A DNA stretch of 64,000 nt, taken from assembly GCA_964385605.1 (NCBI GenBank), contig CAYLPQ010000001.1:77896-141895 (forward strand). The letters run 5' to 3'. Made by a program: the position numbers and the translations under genes. Positions 39,697-48,018 of this stretch are shown one piece after another. The notes under the pieces are model-generated. The model did not search any database and was not told where the DNA came from. It saw only the letters and a program-made list of their open reading frames with translations. Source of the DNA: an uncultured Oscillospiraceae bacterium (GTDB lineage Bacteria; Bacillota; Clostridia; UMGS1883). Every line of letters begins with the position of its first letter. Position 1 is the first letter of the stretch.

Positions 39697-40845
39697 TTAT
39701 ATTTTTATGGTCAGTATTGTTTTTATTGCAATTTCGAGACCTGTTTTAAGAGAAGCTTTTTCAACCCATTCTTCTCTGGTATGGGCTCCCTCTCCGTTGA
39801 AAATGCCTATACACACTGCCGGAATACCCATTGAAAGAGGAACATTGCAATCAGTAGATGCTGCTTTAACAACTATCTGTTTACCGCTTACTTCTGAAGC
39901 TACATCACAGCATATTTTTGCCAGTGAATTTTTCTTTTTCAAATCTACACCGTTTTCACAAGGCCTTTCGCCTACACATTCAACAAAAACACTTATATTT
40001 TCTTTTTGAGCAGAGGCGAAAATATCAGAAAATTTTCTTTTCATATATTCCAGACTTTCAAAATCATTACTTCTGTATTCACAAAGCATTTTTGCACTTT
40101 GCGCAATGGTATTGACAGATGTTCCGCCCTCAAAGGTTCCAACATTATAGGTGGTTTTTGTGTTTTTGTCATTTGAAAGCTCTATTTTGTAAATATCGGA
40201 GACAATATCTGAAAGTACGGTTATTGCGTTAGGATTTCCAAATTTATGGTATGAATGACCACCTTCGGTAGTTACTTCAACCATATACCTGTGTGAGCCT
40301 ACGCATTTATCGTATACGTTGCCGATTTTACTGTCAAGGGCTATAAACTGCTTTACACGATTACCAAACTGTCTCATAACAGCTTTTGTGCCACGCAAGT
40401 TGCCAAGACCTTCTTCACAGGAATTCAGTACAAATAAAATACCTTCTTTAAAAGAGATGTTGTTTTCAATAAGGAACTTTATAGTATACAGAAGAACGCA
40501 GACACTTGCAGTATCATCACCTGCACCGGGATAACATATTCTTTCTTCATCTTCCTTTAATTCCATTGGCTTTGTATCAGGAAAAACAGTATCGGTATGT
40601 GCTGAAACAACAGTAATACTGTCACTGTTTTCGCAGTTAAAAGGGAAAATCACATTATTTACTTCATCAATATACGCAGATTCCGCGCCGATATTCTTAA
40701 GCCAATTAAGGCAAAAACCAGCTCGCTTCGCTTCTTTGCCCGAAGGTGCAGGCAAAGAAGCAAATGTCCGTAGTAAATCCAAAAGTTTGTCATAATTCTC
40801 TGTTATATAATTTCTGATAAGTTCCTGCATCGCACTCTTCCTCAA
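39697..40845 (-). CDS. M20-family metallopeptidase/deacylase (ArgE/DapE/CPG2-like)
   Basis: VVSAHTDTVFPD, AGDDTASV and later Glu and His blocks are present. The protein is 382 aa and cytoplasmic. Confidence 0.65.
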   Translation of the reverse strand: MRKSAMQELIRNYITENYDKLLDLLRTFASLPAPSGKEAKRAGFCLNWLKNIGAESAYIDEVNNVIFPFNCENSDSITVVSAHTDTVFPDTKPMELKEDEERICYPGAGDDTASVCVLLYTIKFLIENNISFKEGILFVLNSCEEGLGNLRGTKAVMRQFGNRVKQFIALDSKIGNVYDKCVGSHRYMVEVTTEGGHSYHKFGNPNAITVLSDIVSDIYKIELSNDKNTKTTYNVGTFEGGTSVNTIAQSAKMLCEYRSNDFESLEYMKRKFSDIFASAQKENISVFVECVGERPCENGVDLKKKNSLAKICCDVASEVSGKQIVVKAASTDCNVPLSMGIPAVCIGIFNGEGAHTREEWVEKASLKTGLEIAIKTILTIKI

Positions 40846-40847
40846 TG

Positions 40848-41885
40848 TTATACTTTAATACGTCTTCCGCTTTGCTGACTTTCATAAACTGCTTCTACAA
40901 TTTTCTGATTAAAAATAGCTTCTGCTGCGGTTACGGGTACGTCTGATCTTTCAATTATTGCGTCAGAAAATTTTTCTATTTCTTTTGTGTACATGTTTCC
41001 ACCTGTATACTCAAGAGGTTTCATTACAACAGCACCTTCATCTGTAATGGTTTTAAGCTTTACACTTCCACTTTCAATCTGTCCTATTGTTCCATCAGCA
41101 GATATTACACCTTTAGTGCCGTAAATTTCAAATTTACATCCTCCGATTGCATCCGGAATATTGAAATTCGCCTCAACCGTGAATAAGGCTCCGTTTTCCA
41201 TACGAAGAACTGCACTGGCGGCATCCTCGGTGTCAGGATATTCAAAAATCTGATTACCGCACATACCTGTAACTTCTTTTGTTTTAAGCGATGTAAGGTA
41301 CTGAAGCAAGTCAATACAATGAATACCCATATCCATCATCGTTCCACCGCCGCTGAATGCTTTTGTCTGCCTCCATTTTACGGGAGAAACAGGCGACCAG
41401 CAATTGAATTTAGCATAAGCTGACACAATTTCACCTAATGCACCTTTTTCAACATATTCCTTAATAAGCTGATGGGCGCTGTGAAATCGCATCATAAAAC
41501 CTACTCCCAGAAGAACATTTTTACCTTTACAGTAGGATTCTATCTGACAAGCTTCTTCACTTGTAACCCCCATAGGCTTTTCAAGCAAGATATGCTTGCC
41601 CTTATCAGCTGCTTTAAAAACTTGTTCCTTATGACAAAATACAGGTGTTGCAATATAAACAGCATCGATATCCTGTTCAAGAAGTGCATCCACACTGTCA
41701 GTTGCAAAAGATGCGTTATATTTGTTTTTTACATTTTCAGCAACTTCTGCATTTATATCCATTACAGCATAACATTCTGCATTTTCAGCAAGCATCATTC
41801 CCGGTATTGTTCTTCTGTCAGCAATACCGCCGCAGCCTATTACACCCCATTTGATTTTTTTCATATAATTACTCCTTTTTATCAA
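40848..41885 (-). CDS. Gfo/Idh/MocA-family NAD(P)-dependent oxidoreductase
   Basis: The N-terminal KIKWGVIGCGGIA Rossmann motif and the ILLEKP motif are present. The gene overlaps the upstream gene by 4 bp, so translational coupling is likely. Confidence 0.8.
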   Translation of the reverse strand: MIKRSNYMKKIKWGVIGCGGIADRRTIPGMMLAENAECYAVMDINAEVAENVKNKYNASFATDSVDALLEQDIDAVYIATPVFCHKEQVFKAADKGKHILLEKPMGVTSEEACQIESYCKGKNVLLGVGFMMRFHSAHQLIKEYVEKGALGEIVSAYAKFNCWSPVSPVKWRQTKAFSGGGTMMDMGIHCIDLLQYLTSLKTKEVTGMCGNQIFEYPDTEDAASAVLRMENGALFTVEANFNIPDAIGGCKFEIYGTKGVISADGTIGQIESGSVKLKTITDEGAVVMKPLEYTGGNMYTKEIEKFSDAIIERSDVPVTAAEAIFNQKIVEAVYESQQSGRRIKV

Positions 41886-42745
41886 AAAGAAAAGACTTCT
41901 TTTTTAAATTCTTCAGTTAATGGTGAACCATATTCGGAAACCTGGAAAGCTTCTGCAAAAAGCACACTCTTTCCTTTTTCTCCGTATCGTTCAATAAGCT
42001 TATCACGGTACTTTGCAGCAGGCATTGCTTCGCGGTATTCACTGTTGTTGCTGATAGTAGGAACACTTAATTCCTCGACAGTGAGAAGTCTGCCGTCACG
42101 AGGCACACGTGGTGTACGAAGCCATTCAAGTCTTTCCTTTTTGTCTGTAGGAACTTTATCCAGGAAACCTCTTGAAGCAGGTAACCATTCATAGACCTGT
42201 GATTCGTAGCAATCAAACATTTCGTATTTTTTATCAATCACGTCATCAGTTGCTATAACTATTTCGGGATTAAAAACAGGATTTGTAAATTTATCGTAAA
42301 AATACATTATAACAGGCATTTTGGGAAGTGCTTTTACTTCCGGGCAAAATCTGGGTACAATAAGAAGATATGATGCATCCTGAACAAGGATAGCAACGTC
42401 ACGATGATCAGCATGATAGTCATTTGATCTGTGGGTAAAGATTATATCTGGCTGAAATTCACGGATATATCGAATCATTTTCTTTCTGTTTTCAATACTT
42501 GTGGAAACCTCACACTCGGGAAGTCCCATATTATCATACTCAATTCCGCTGATTTTTGAAGCCATCTGACATTCTGCAAGTCTTCTTTCGTTAAGAGCTT
42601 CAGGCTCCATTTCGTGATGACCCATAGTTCCGTTACATACGGAAAGAAAACGCACTGTGTGACCTCTTTCAATAAATTTCAGAGCTGTTCCGCCGCATCT
42701 GAAATCGTTGTCATCCATATGTGCACCAATCATTAAAATTCTCAT
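41882..42745 (-). CDS. PIG-L/LmbE-family N-acetyl-sugar deacetylase
   Basis: The N-terminal MRILMIGAHMDDNDFRCGGTAL matches the AHPDDE..GGT zinc-site pattern of the family. The RBS is AAAGGA. Confidence 0.7.
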   Translation of the reverse strand: MRILMIGAHMDDNDFRCGGTALKFIERGHTVRFLSVCNGTMGHHEMEPEALNERRLAECQMASKISGIEYDNMGLPECEVSTSIENRKKMIRYIREFQPDIIFTHRSNDYHADHRDVAILVQDASYLLIVPRFCPEVKALPKMPVIMYFYDKFTNPVFNPEIVIATDDVIDKKYEMFDCYESQVYEWLPASRGFLDKVPTDKKERLEWLRTPRVPRDGRLLTVEELSVPTISNNSEYREAMPAAKYRDKLIERYGEKGKSVLFAEAFQVSEYGSPLTEEFKKEVFSF

Positions 42746-42824
42746 AACAAACTATCCTTTCGTCTGTGATTTTTTCATATATAGGATTCATTCCATCTAA
42801 ATGATGATTAATTCAAATTTTGCA

Positions 42825-42950
42825 ATCCCTCCACCACCTACGGTGGTCCCCCTCCCTTTACACAAGGGAGGCTCACCGAGGCTTTAGAAGCCGCGCAACA
42901 AAGCCTTCCCTGTGCAAGGGAAGGTGGCACACGAGAGTGTGACGGAAGGG
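42825..42950. other. GC-rich (~62% GC) multi-hairpin element of unknown nature (candidate structured leader RNA or sRNA)
   Basis: Five consecutive local inverted repeats are present: CCACC-TACG-GGTGG, CCTCCC-TTTACACAA-GGGAGG, GGCTT-TAGA-AAGCC, CCTTCCC-TGTGCAA-GGGAAGG and CACAC-GAGA-GTGTG. On the plus strand two loops are UNCG- and GNRA-type tetraloops. The element lies between the terminator at 43015..43055 and the deacetylase operon start at 42745. Confidence 0.3.
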
Positions 42951-43014
42951 TTGTTTCTAAAAATCATCATTTATCCAAAATGTTACTCACGATAAAGCGC
43001 GCAAATTCCTATAC

Positions 43015-43055
43015 GGTAAAATATTTGCACCAAAGACCGTAGTCTTTGGTGCAAA
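43015..43055 (-). terminator. rho-independent terminator 3' of ORF 43075..44235
   Basis: A 15-bp perfect stem ATTTGCACCAAAGAC-CGTA-GTCTTTGGTGCAAAT is followed on the minus strand by ATATTTTACC. Confidence 0.7.
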
Positions 43056-43074
43056 TAATATTATTTGTTGGTTT

Positions 43075-44235
43075 TTAGTTTAATGTAGTTGAAATTGCGT
43101 AAGGTACAAGCTGGTCATCCACAACAAATGCACGATAAACTTTTCCTTCATCAAGAGAAAGTGTTGTCTTGCTGTCTGTCCATGCTGTTGAGCCTGACAC
43201 TGTACCAAGAATCTGAACATCTGTCAAAAGACCGTTTTCGTATACTGCACCGTAAATCTTTGCTTCGGGAGTTAAAGAACCTGCCTTTGTTACTGTAAGA
43301 GTAGTGCCGTCAATAGCAAGCTCGTAGGGGAATGCAGGCTCCGCAACTGTTACTGTTGCAACAGCTTTAACATCTACAGAATATCCATCCATTACACCAT
43401 ATACAGTCTTTGTTCCTGTAGTAGTTGTATCAACATCTTCCCAAAGCACGTTCACTGTTTCTGAAACGCCATCTGCAGTTACATTTACCGTTGAAGGAAA
43501 ATTTGCTTCCTGTCCAACTGCAACAGAAATATTCACAGCTTCCTGTGAAAAGCTTGTAACAGGAGTATACTGCGCAATATACATATCATCAAAGTACACA
43601 CCTTCACTGTTTGCATCGTAAGGATAAACCTTTATCTGATATGGATCACGGTTTGCGTTGGTTATATTAGCGAAAGCATAAGTAAGATTTGTAATATGGT
43701 TACCATTTAAATAAACATCAAGTGTTACAGTGCTATCAGTATGGTTTTCGACAAACTTCATTCTAATATCATTCCAGTCGCCAGTCGACAAGGTTTCACT
43801 ATTTATCAGAACATCTTTTGAGTTGGTTTGATAATAATAATCTCCGTCGGAACCAGATGTAAATTTAGAGTTGAGAACAGGATACGATGCATTTGAACCT
43901 GCTATCTGAACAAGAAAGTCCTTGCTTACAGACTTATCTAATTTTACTTTGAATCCAACTTCATAATATGCACTCGAAATCGCCTTGGTCTTATCACCGG
44001 TAATAAGAAGTGCATTTGAACTACCTGTAGTAGCATCTTTAATTTCAAGAAAACTATTACCATTTTCCGTCAAAACTTGTATACCCGTTTTTGACACGGT
44101 AAACGCATCAAATGATTCATTTAGAGTATAATCGTACTTGTTAACCGTCTCGCCCTCTGCCATTGCAGGAATAGCCATAGCAGAAAGCATAAGCATACAT
44201 AACACTACTGAAAGAAACTTTTTCATATTTTTCAT
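43075..44235 (-). CDS. secreted protein with a LamG/ConA-like domain and a C-terminal Ig-like (Big-type) domain (~386 aa)
   Basis: The internal ATG at 44233-44235 (MKNMKKFLSVVLCMLMLSAMAIPAMA signal peptide) is preceded by GGAGG. The track start 44376 would add 47 non-hydrophobic residues with no RBS. The Ig-like block is NISVAVGQEANFPSTVNVTADGVSETVNVLWEDVD. Confidence 0.55.
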   Translation of the reverse strand: MKNMKKFLSVVLCMLMLSAMAIPAMAEGETVNKYDYTLNESFDAFTVSKTGIQVLTENGNSFLEIKDATTGSSNALLITGDKTKAISSAYYEVGFKVKLDKSVSKDFLVQIAGSNASYPVLNSKFTSGSDGDYYYQTNSKDVLINSETLSTGDWNDIRMKFVENHTDSTVTLDVYLNGNHITNLTYAFANITNANRDPYQIKVYPYDANSEGVYFDDMYIAQYTPVTSFSQEAVNISVAVGQEANFPSTVNVTADGVSETVNVLWEDVDTTTTGTKTVYGVMDGYSVDVKAVATVTVAEPAFPYELAIDGTTLTVTKAGSLTPEAKIYGAVYENGLLTDVQILGTVSGSTAWTDSKTTLSLDEGKVYRAFVVDDQLVPYAISTTLN

Positions 44236-44350
44236 TTTAAAAACCTCCAAATCGTTTTCAATAATACTATTTAATACTAGCAAGAAAACCGCTGTTTTTC
44301 TATACCAATTTCTGTTTTTTGCGGACAAATTCTTTATTTTCACCTTTAAA

Positions 44351-45151
44351 TCATACATCCAGAACCATTCTGTCATAGCAGATAACGGGATTTTTTGTAC
44401 AGCCTTTCATATCTTCAAATGCGGCTTTTTCATCATTGAGGATTGCCCTTCCGTTATGGGAGAAAAGTAATTGTCCGACATTATGGGTATCTGCAAAATC
44501 ACAAACATCCTTAACCTTATGATGACCTGTTTCTGCTATGAGGAAATCGCACCCATTCCCCAACACATTTTCAAGGTCATCCATATCACGTACATCACCG
44601 GAGTAAAGAATTGTTTTTCCGTCAACTGTAATTTTAAAGGAATAGGATTTCGGCTTTTCCCCGGGCAAAAACTTTATATGATGGTTATGAATTGCCTCGA
44701 CTTTAATATTTTCATCTTCATACAAAAGTCCGTCGGTTATTTCATGCTCACAGATTTCAAACCAATCACGATACTGTAAACCTATACCTCGTAACACATC
44801 GTCAAAGCTATTCCATAGTCCCATATCGCCTATATGAAAATCTACCTTTTTTTCAGGTGGATATGTATTGCGGACTGTGGCAAGCTTCCATATTGTATAT
44901 ATTGTGTTAAGCAGACCGCCAAGATGGTCAATATGTGGATGAGAAATAAATATTGCCTTAATCCTCAACAAATCTATCCCCATAAGATGCGCTGTACGGG
45001 AACAGCCCTCCCCTGCGTCAAAAAGATAATAATATCCGTTACTTTCAATCATCATTGATGAGTGATGACATTCAGGCATAGGCTCCGTTCCTGCACACGT
45101 TCCAAGGAAAATAATTTTTGACATATTACTTTTTTGATTCCTCATAGTCAT
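44351..45151 (-). CDS. MBL-fold metallo-hydrolase
   Basis: The FISHPHIDHLGG motif (HxHxDH) and later H and D ligands are present. The start is ambiguous among three in-frame ATGs at 45151, 45145 and 45124. Confidence 0.65.
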   Translation of the reverse strand: MTMRNQKSNMSKIIFLGTCAGTEPMPECHHSSMMIESNGYYYLFDAGEGCSRTAHLMGIDLLRIKAIFISHPHIDHLGGLLNTIYTIWKLATVRNTYPPEKKVDFHIGDMGLWNSFDDVLRGIGLQYRDWFEICEHEITDGLLYEDENIKVEAIHNHHIKFLPGEKPKSYSFKITVDGKTILYSGDVRDMDDLENVLGNGCDFLIAETGHHKVKDVCDFADTHNVGQLLFSHNGRAILNDEKAAFEDMKGCTKNPVICYDRMVLDV

Positions 45152-47996
45152 ACATTATTTCAGGAGAAAATCTGAGTCTCATAGCAAATACTTTTGCAAC
45201 ATCGTTTTCAAATCTGTATGGAGACTCCAGCATTTTGTCAAAAGCCTTCTTCACTATATCAACATAGCTGTTTTCATTATCCACACTTCCGAACAGCAAC
45301 GCATCAAGTATTTCCATACTCGTTTCAGGCTGACTGACACGTCTTTCAACCTCTTTGAACGCGGTAGAATACCAGAATTCCTGAAGCTCCTCATCGTACA
45401 TATCAACAAGCCACTTTGCCATATTAACACAGCACTGACGGATATGTTCATCGCCGGTCATACAGTAAAGCTTTCTCATTGCAGAAGCGAGCACACCGTG
45501 CATAAACGGCTTTCCGCCATAGCAGAACTTACGTTCTGTCACTTCTTTAGGCTGTGGAACAGGCATCATTGTACTTATACAGCCCGTCTTTGCATCCTGC
45601 TTAAAAATTACGCGTTCCGCCATTATGCGGCAGGCATTAAGATAGTATTCATCAAGAGTAATATCATAAGCCGCCTGTAGAGCGAGCATACACCATCCGG
45701 GTTCTCTTTCTGTAAGGAAATCAAATTTTCTTGTATAGTATTTTGCCAAAGTATCAGCACAGTTGAGAACTATAGTTTTATACCTTTCGATACCTGTCAT
45801 CTTATAGTACAATGCAAGTCCGTCATTAAAGATATGACCCATCTGAAATTTAATTTTAGGATAGCTTTTCGGTACAAGCTCGTGAGGATAGTAATTATTT
45901 GCATGACCTACAGTGTGGACAAAGAAATAACCCTTTTCCTCAAAACTCACTCCTGTATGGCTGGTATCAACCTCCGAATAATGAGCCATACCAATACGGG
46001 CAAGGTCATAGAAACGTTCGTCACCCGTTCTCAAATAGTGAATCATCAATCCATAATGGAAATCATATTCAAGATTCATCCAGTGAATATTGTTCTCACC
46101 AAAGCTGTCTCCGTAATTAAGCATACCGTAATCACGGTAGCTTTCTCTATGATTAAGATATAACTGGAGGGAATTATCCATATAAGCATCATATTTGGGA
46201 AAATCGGGACATCCGCATTTAATACGTCCGAAAGCCATGCTTTTTTCAATTGCTTCACAGTCGGGATGGAGAAATGATATATCTGTCAGCTTTTCTGCAT
46301 CTTTTCCAAAAATAACTGTGTGATATTTTCGGAGCCCGCCGTGGAATTCATATTTTCCTGTTTTTAAATAGAAAAACATCTGTGCTTCGAGAAGTACATC
46401 CTCCTTTCTATAATGCTCCGGCTTTGTAATAAAGGGGCAAATTCCGATTTTTACTGAATCTTCTGCTGCAACAAATGATTTAGGGTAATTCTGCCAGAAT
46501 TCTTCAACAATAATTTCTGTATTATCAACAGCAAAACGTCCGTCAATCTTCTGCGCCACTTCTTTTCCGCCTACAACAGCCGTTTTTTCATCAAGCTGCA
46601 TTACATCTATTGAACAGCTATTCTGTGAAGGTCCTTCCAGATACAGCCCGTTAATTGTGTAAAATTCGTTATTCAACAAATCATTTTCAAATCCAAACTC
46701 AAGACGGTACGCATCTATATTCCTGTAAAAGTGCAGGTGGGTATAGCATTTCATACTTCTTTTTCCATCACACATAAAACGGTTAAAACGCGTTATTACA
46801 ATGTGATTTGCACCCTGCTCCTCTACAAAATACTCACCACCGCAAGCAGTATAACGCATATCATCTGCACCATAAAGAACAGCATACAGTTCCTTGTCCG
46901 GAAGTACGGAATTATTTTTGTTGTTGAAATAGTACACTTTTTCTCCGTTTGTAACAGTTATGCCATCTTCACTACAAACAGCAGAAAATTTTTCGAGACT
47001 GACCTGCTTATCACTATCCACTGCATAAAACTTTCTTCCGTCAAGAGGCAAAATTGCGTTGACAGAAACTGTTTTAATACTGTCGTCATTCCATTTGGAA
47101 GTAACTTTGCACTGCGTGAGATAGTTCTCACCGTTTTCGTCGGTAATATGAAGTCCGTCACAGGAATACATTTCTCCGATACCGAAAGGAAGTACACTCA
47201 CAGCAGGATATATACCTTCTTTTTCAGCATCGCATTTAAGTTCGATTTTTACCGGAGAATTACTTCCTTTTTCATAAACTTTTGCTTTACATCTGCCACG
47301 TCCGCAAAGGATATTACCCTCTTCATCCTGAAGCTCAATAACAAATCTCATTCCCCACAATTCCTCGGGAATTGTAAAGCGATGATTATTAAGATATTCT
47401 TCCTCTGTATAAATAGTATCTCCCAGCAATATTCTACCGCGGCAGGCAACCTTGGTCCAGAAGCGAACCTCGCCGTTATCTGTTGTTAAATTCATAATAC
47501 GGTTAAGTTGAGGCTTGGGAGCATCCTTCATAAGCACAATTGCTGTAAAAAGAACGTGTTCACCATCAAGAACCAGATATTTTATTTCATCGCCTTTTTT
47601 AAGCTCTATAGCATCTTCAGTTACAAAGAAATAATACTTTTTATCATCTCTTCCGTAGCGAAATCTTCCTATTCTTTCACCGTTCACACTAAGTTCAACA
47701 AGACATTCGCCAAAGGCACCGCACTCTTCTTCGAGCACAGGAATATACTCTTCATCATAGGTGCCGAAAGTATCTCTCACCTGAAGTGCAAGGTAATATT
47801 TTCCGTCAGCAGGAGCTTTTGCCGAAAGGCTTGCTCCTGCTGAACCAAAATCAAACACATGAGGTACAAAGTAACTTCTTCTCTGCGCATGAAAGCCCTC
47901 ATTATGTAACATATCAGAAGACAAAACAAAATCATTTTCTGAATGAACATATTTTGTTATTTCTGCATCTCCTGAAAGTAATCTGATAAAATTCAT
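45126..47996 (-). CDS. large cytoplasmic protein (956 aa) of unknown function, possibly a carbohydrate-active enzyme
   Basis: There is no signal peptide. It has beta-rich N-terminal two-thirds and a helix-rich C-terminal third. It sits between secreted-enzyme genes and the MBL hydrolase gene. I cannot name a family motif. Confidence 0.4.
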   Translation of the reverse strand: MNFIRLLSGDAEITKYVHSENDFVLSSDMLHNEGFHAQRRSYFVPHVFDFGSAGASLSAKAPADGKYYLALQVRDTFGTYDEEYIPVLEEECGAFGECLVELSVNGERIGRFRYGRDDKKYYFFVTEDAIELKKGDEIKYLVLDGEHVLFTAIVLMKDAPKPQLNRIMNLTTDNGEVRFWTKVACRGRILLGDTIYTEEEYLNNHRFTIPEELWGMRFVIELQDEEGNILCGRGRCKAKVYEKGSNSPVKIELKCDAEKEGIYPAVSVLPFGIGEMYSCDGLHITDENGENYLTQCKVTSKWNDDSIKTVSVNAILPLDGRKFYAVDSDKQVSLEKFSAVCSEDGITVTNGEKVYYFNNKNNSVLPDKELYAVLYGADDMRYTACGGEYFVEEQGANHIVITRFNRFMCDGKRSMKCYTHLHFYRNIDAYRLEFGFENDLLNNEFYTINGLYLEGPSQNSCSIDVMQLDEKTAVVGGKEVAQKIDGRFAVDNTEIIVEEFWQNYPKSFVAAEDSVKIGICPFITKPEHYRKEDVLLEAQMFFYLKTGKYEFHGGLRKYHTVIFGKDAEKLTDISFLHPDCEAIEKSMAFGRIKCGCPDFPKYDAYMDNSLQLYLNHRESYRDYGMLNYGDSFGENNIHWMNLEYDFHYGLMIHYLRTGDERFYDLARIGMAHYSEVDTSHTGVSFEEKGYFFVHTVGHANNYYPHELVPKSYPKIKFQMGHIFNDGLALYYKMTGIERYKTIVLNCADTLAKYYTRKFDFLTEREPGWCMLALQAAYDITLDEYYLNACRIMAERVIFKQDAKTGCISTMMPVPQPKEVTERKFCYGGKPFMHGVLASAMRKLYCMTGDEHIRQCCVNMAKWLVDMYDEELQEFWYSTAFKEVERRVSQPETSMEILDALLFGSVDNENSYVDIVKKAFDKMLESPYRFENDVAKVFAMRLRFSPEIMYDYEESKK

Positions 47997-48018
47997 AAAA
48001 TTTCCTCCATTATCAGAC

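Noticed and set aside
42920-42945. T-box-like sequence GGAAGGUGGCACACGAG resembling the AGGGUGGNACCGCG T-box motif
   Set aside because: It is only a partial match. There is no specifier-loop or terminator/antiterminator architecture, and no downstream plus-strand aminoacyl-tRNA synthetase or amino-acid gene. It is treated instead as part of the unexplained GC-rich structured element.
44236-44376. N-terminal 47 residues of track ORF 43075..44376 (MTEWFWMYDL...), and similarly the N-terminal extensions of track ORFs 54398..56947, 62592..63689 and 4793..5692
   Set aside because: The extensions lack Shine-Dalgarno sequences and precede obvious signal peptides or Rossmann motifs. Internal ATGs with GGAGG-type RBS were preferred. 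These are reported as start-site corrections rather than separate features.
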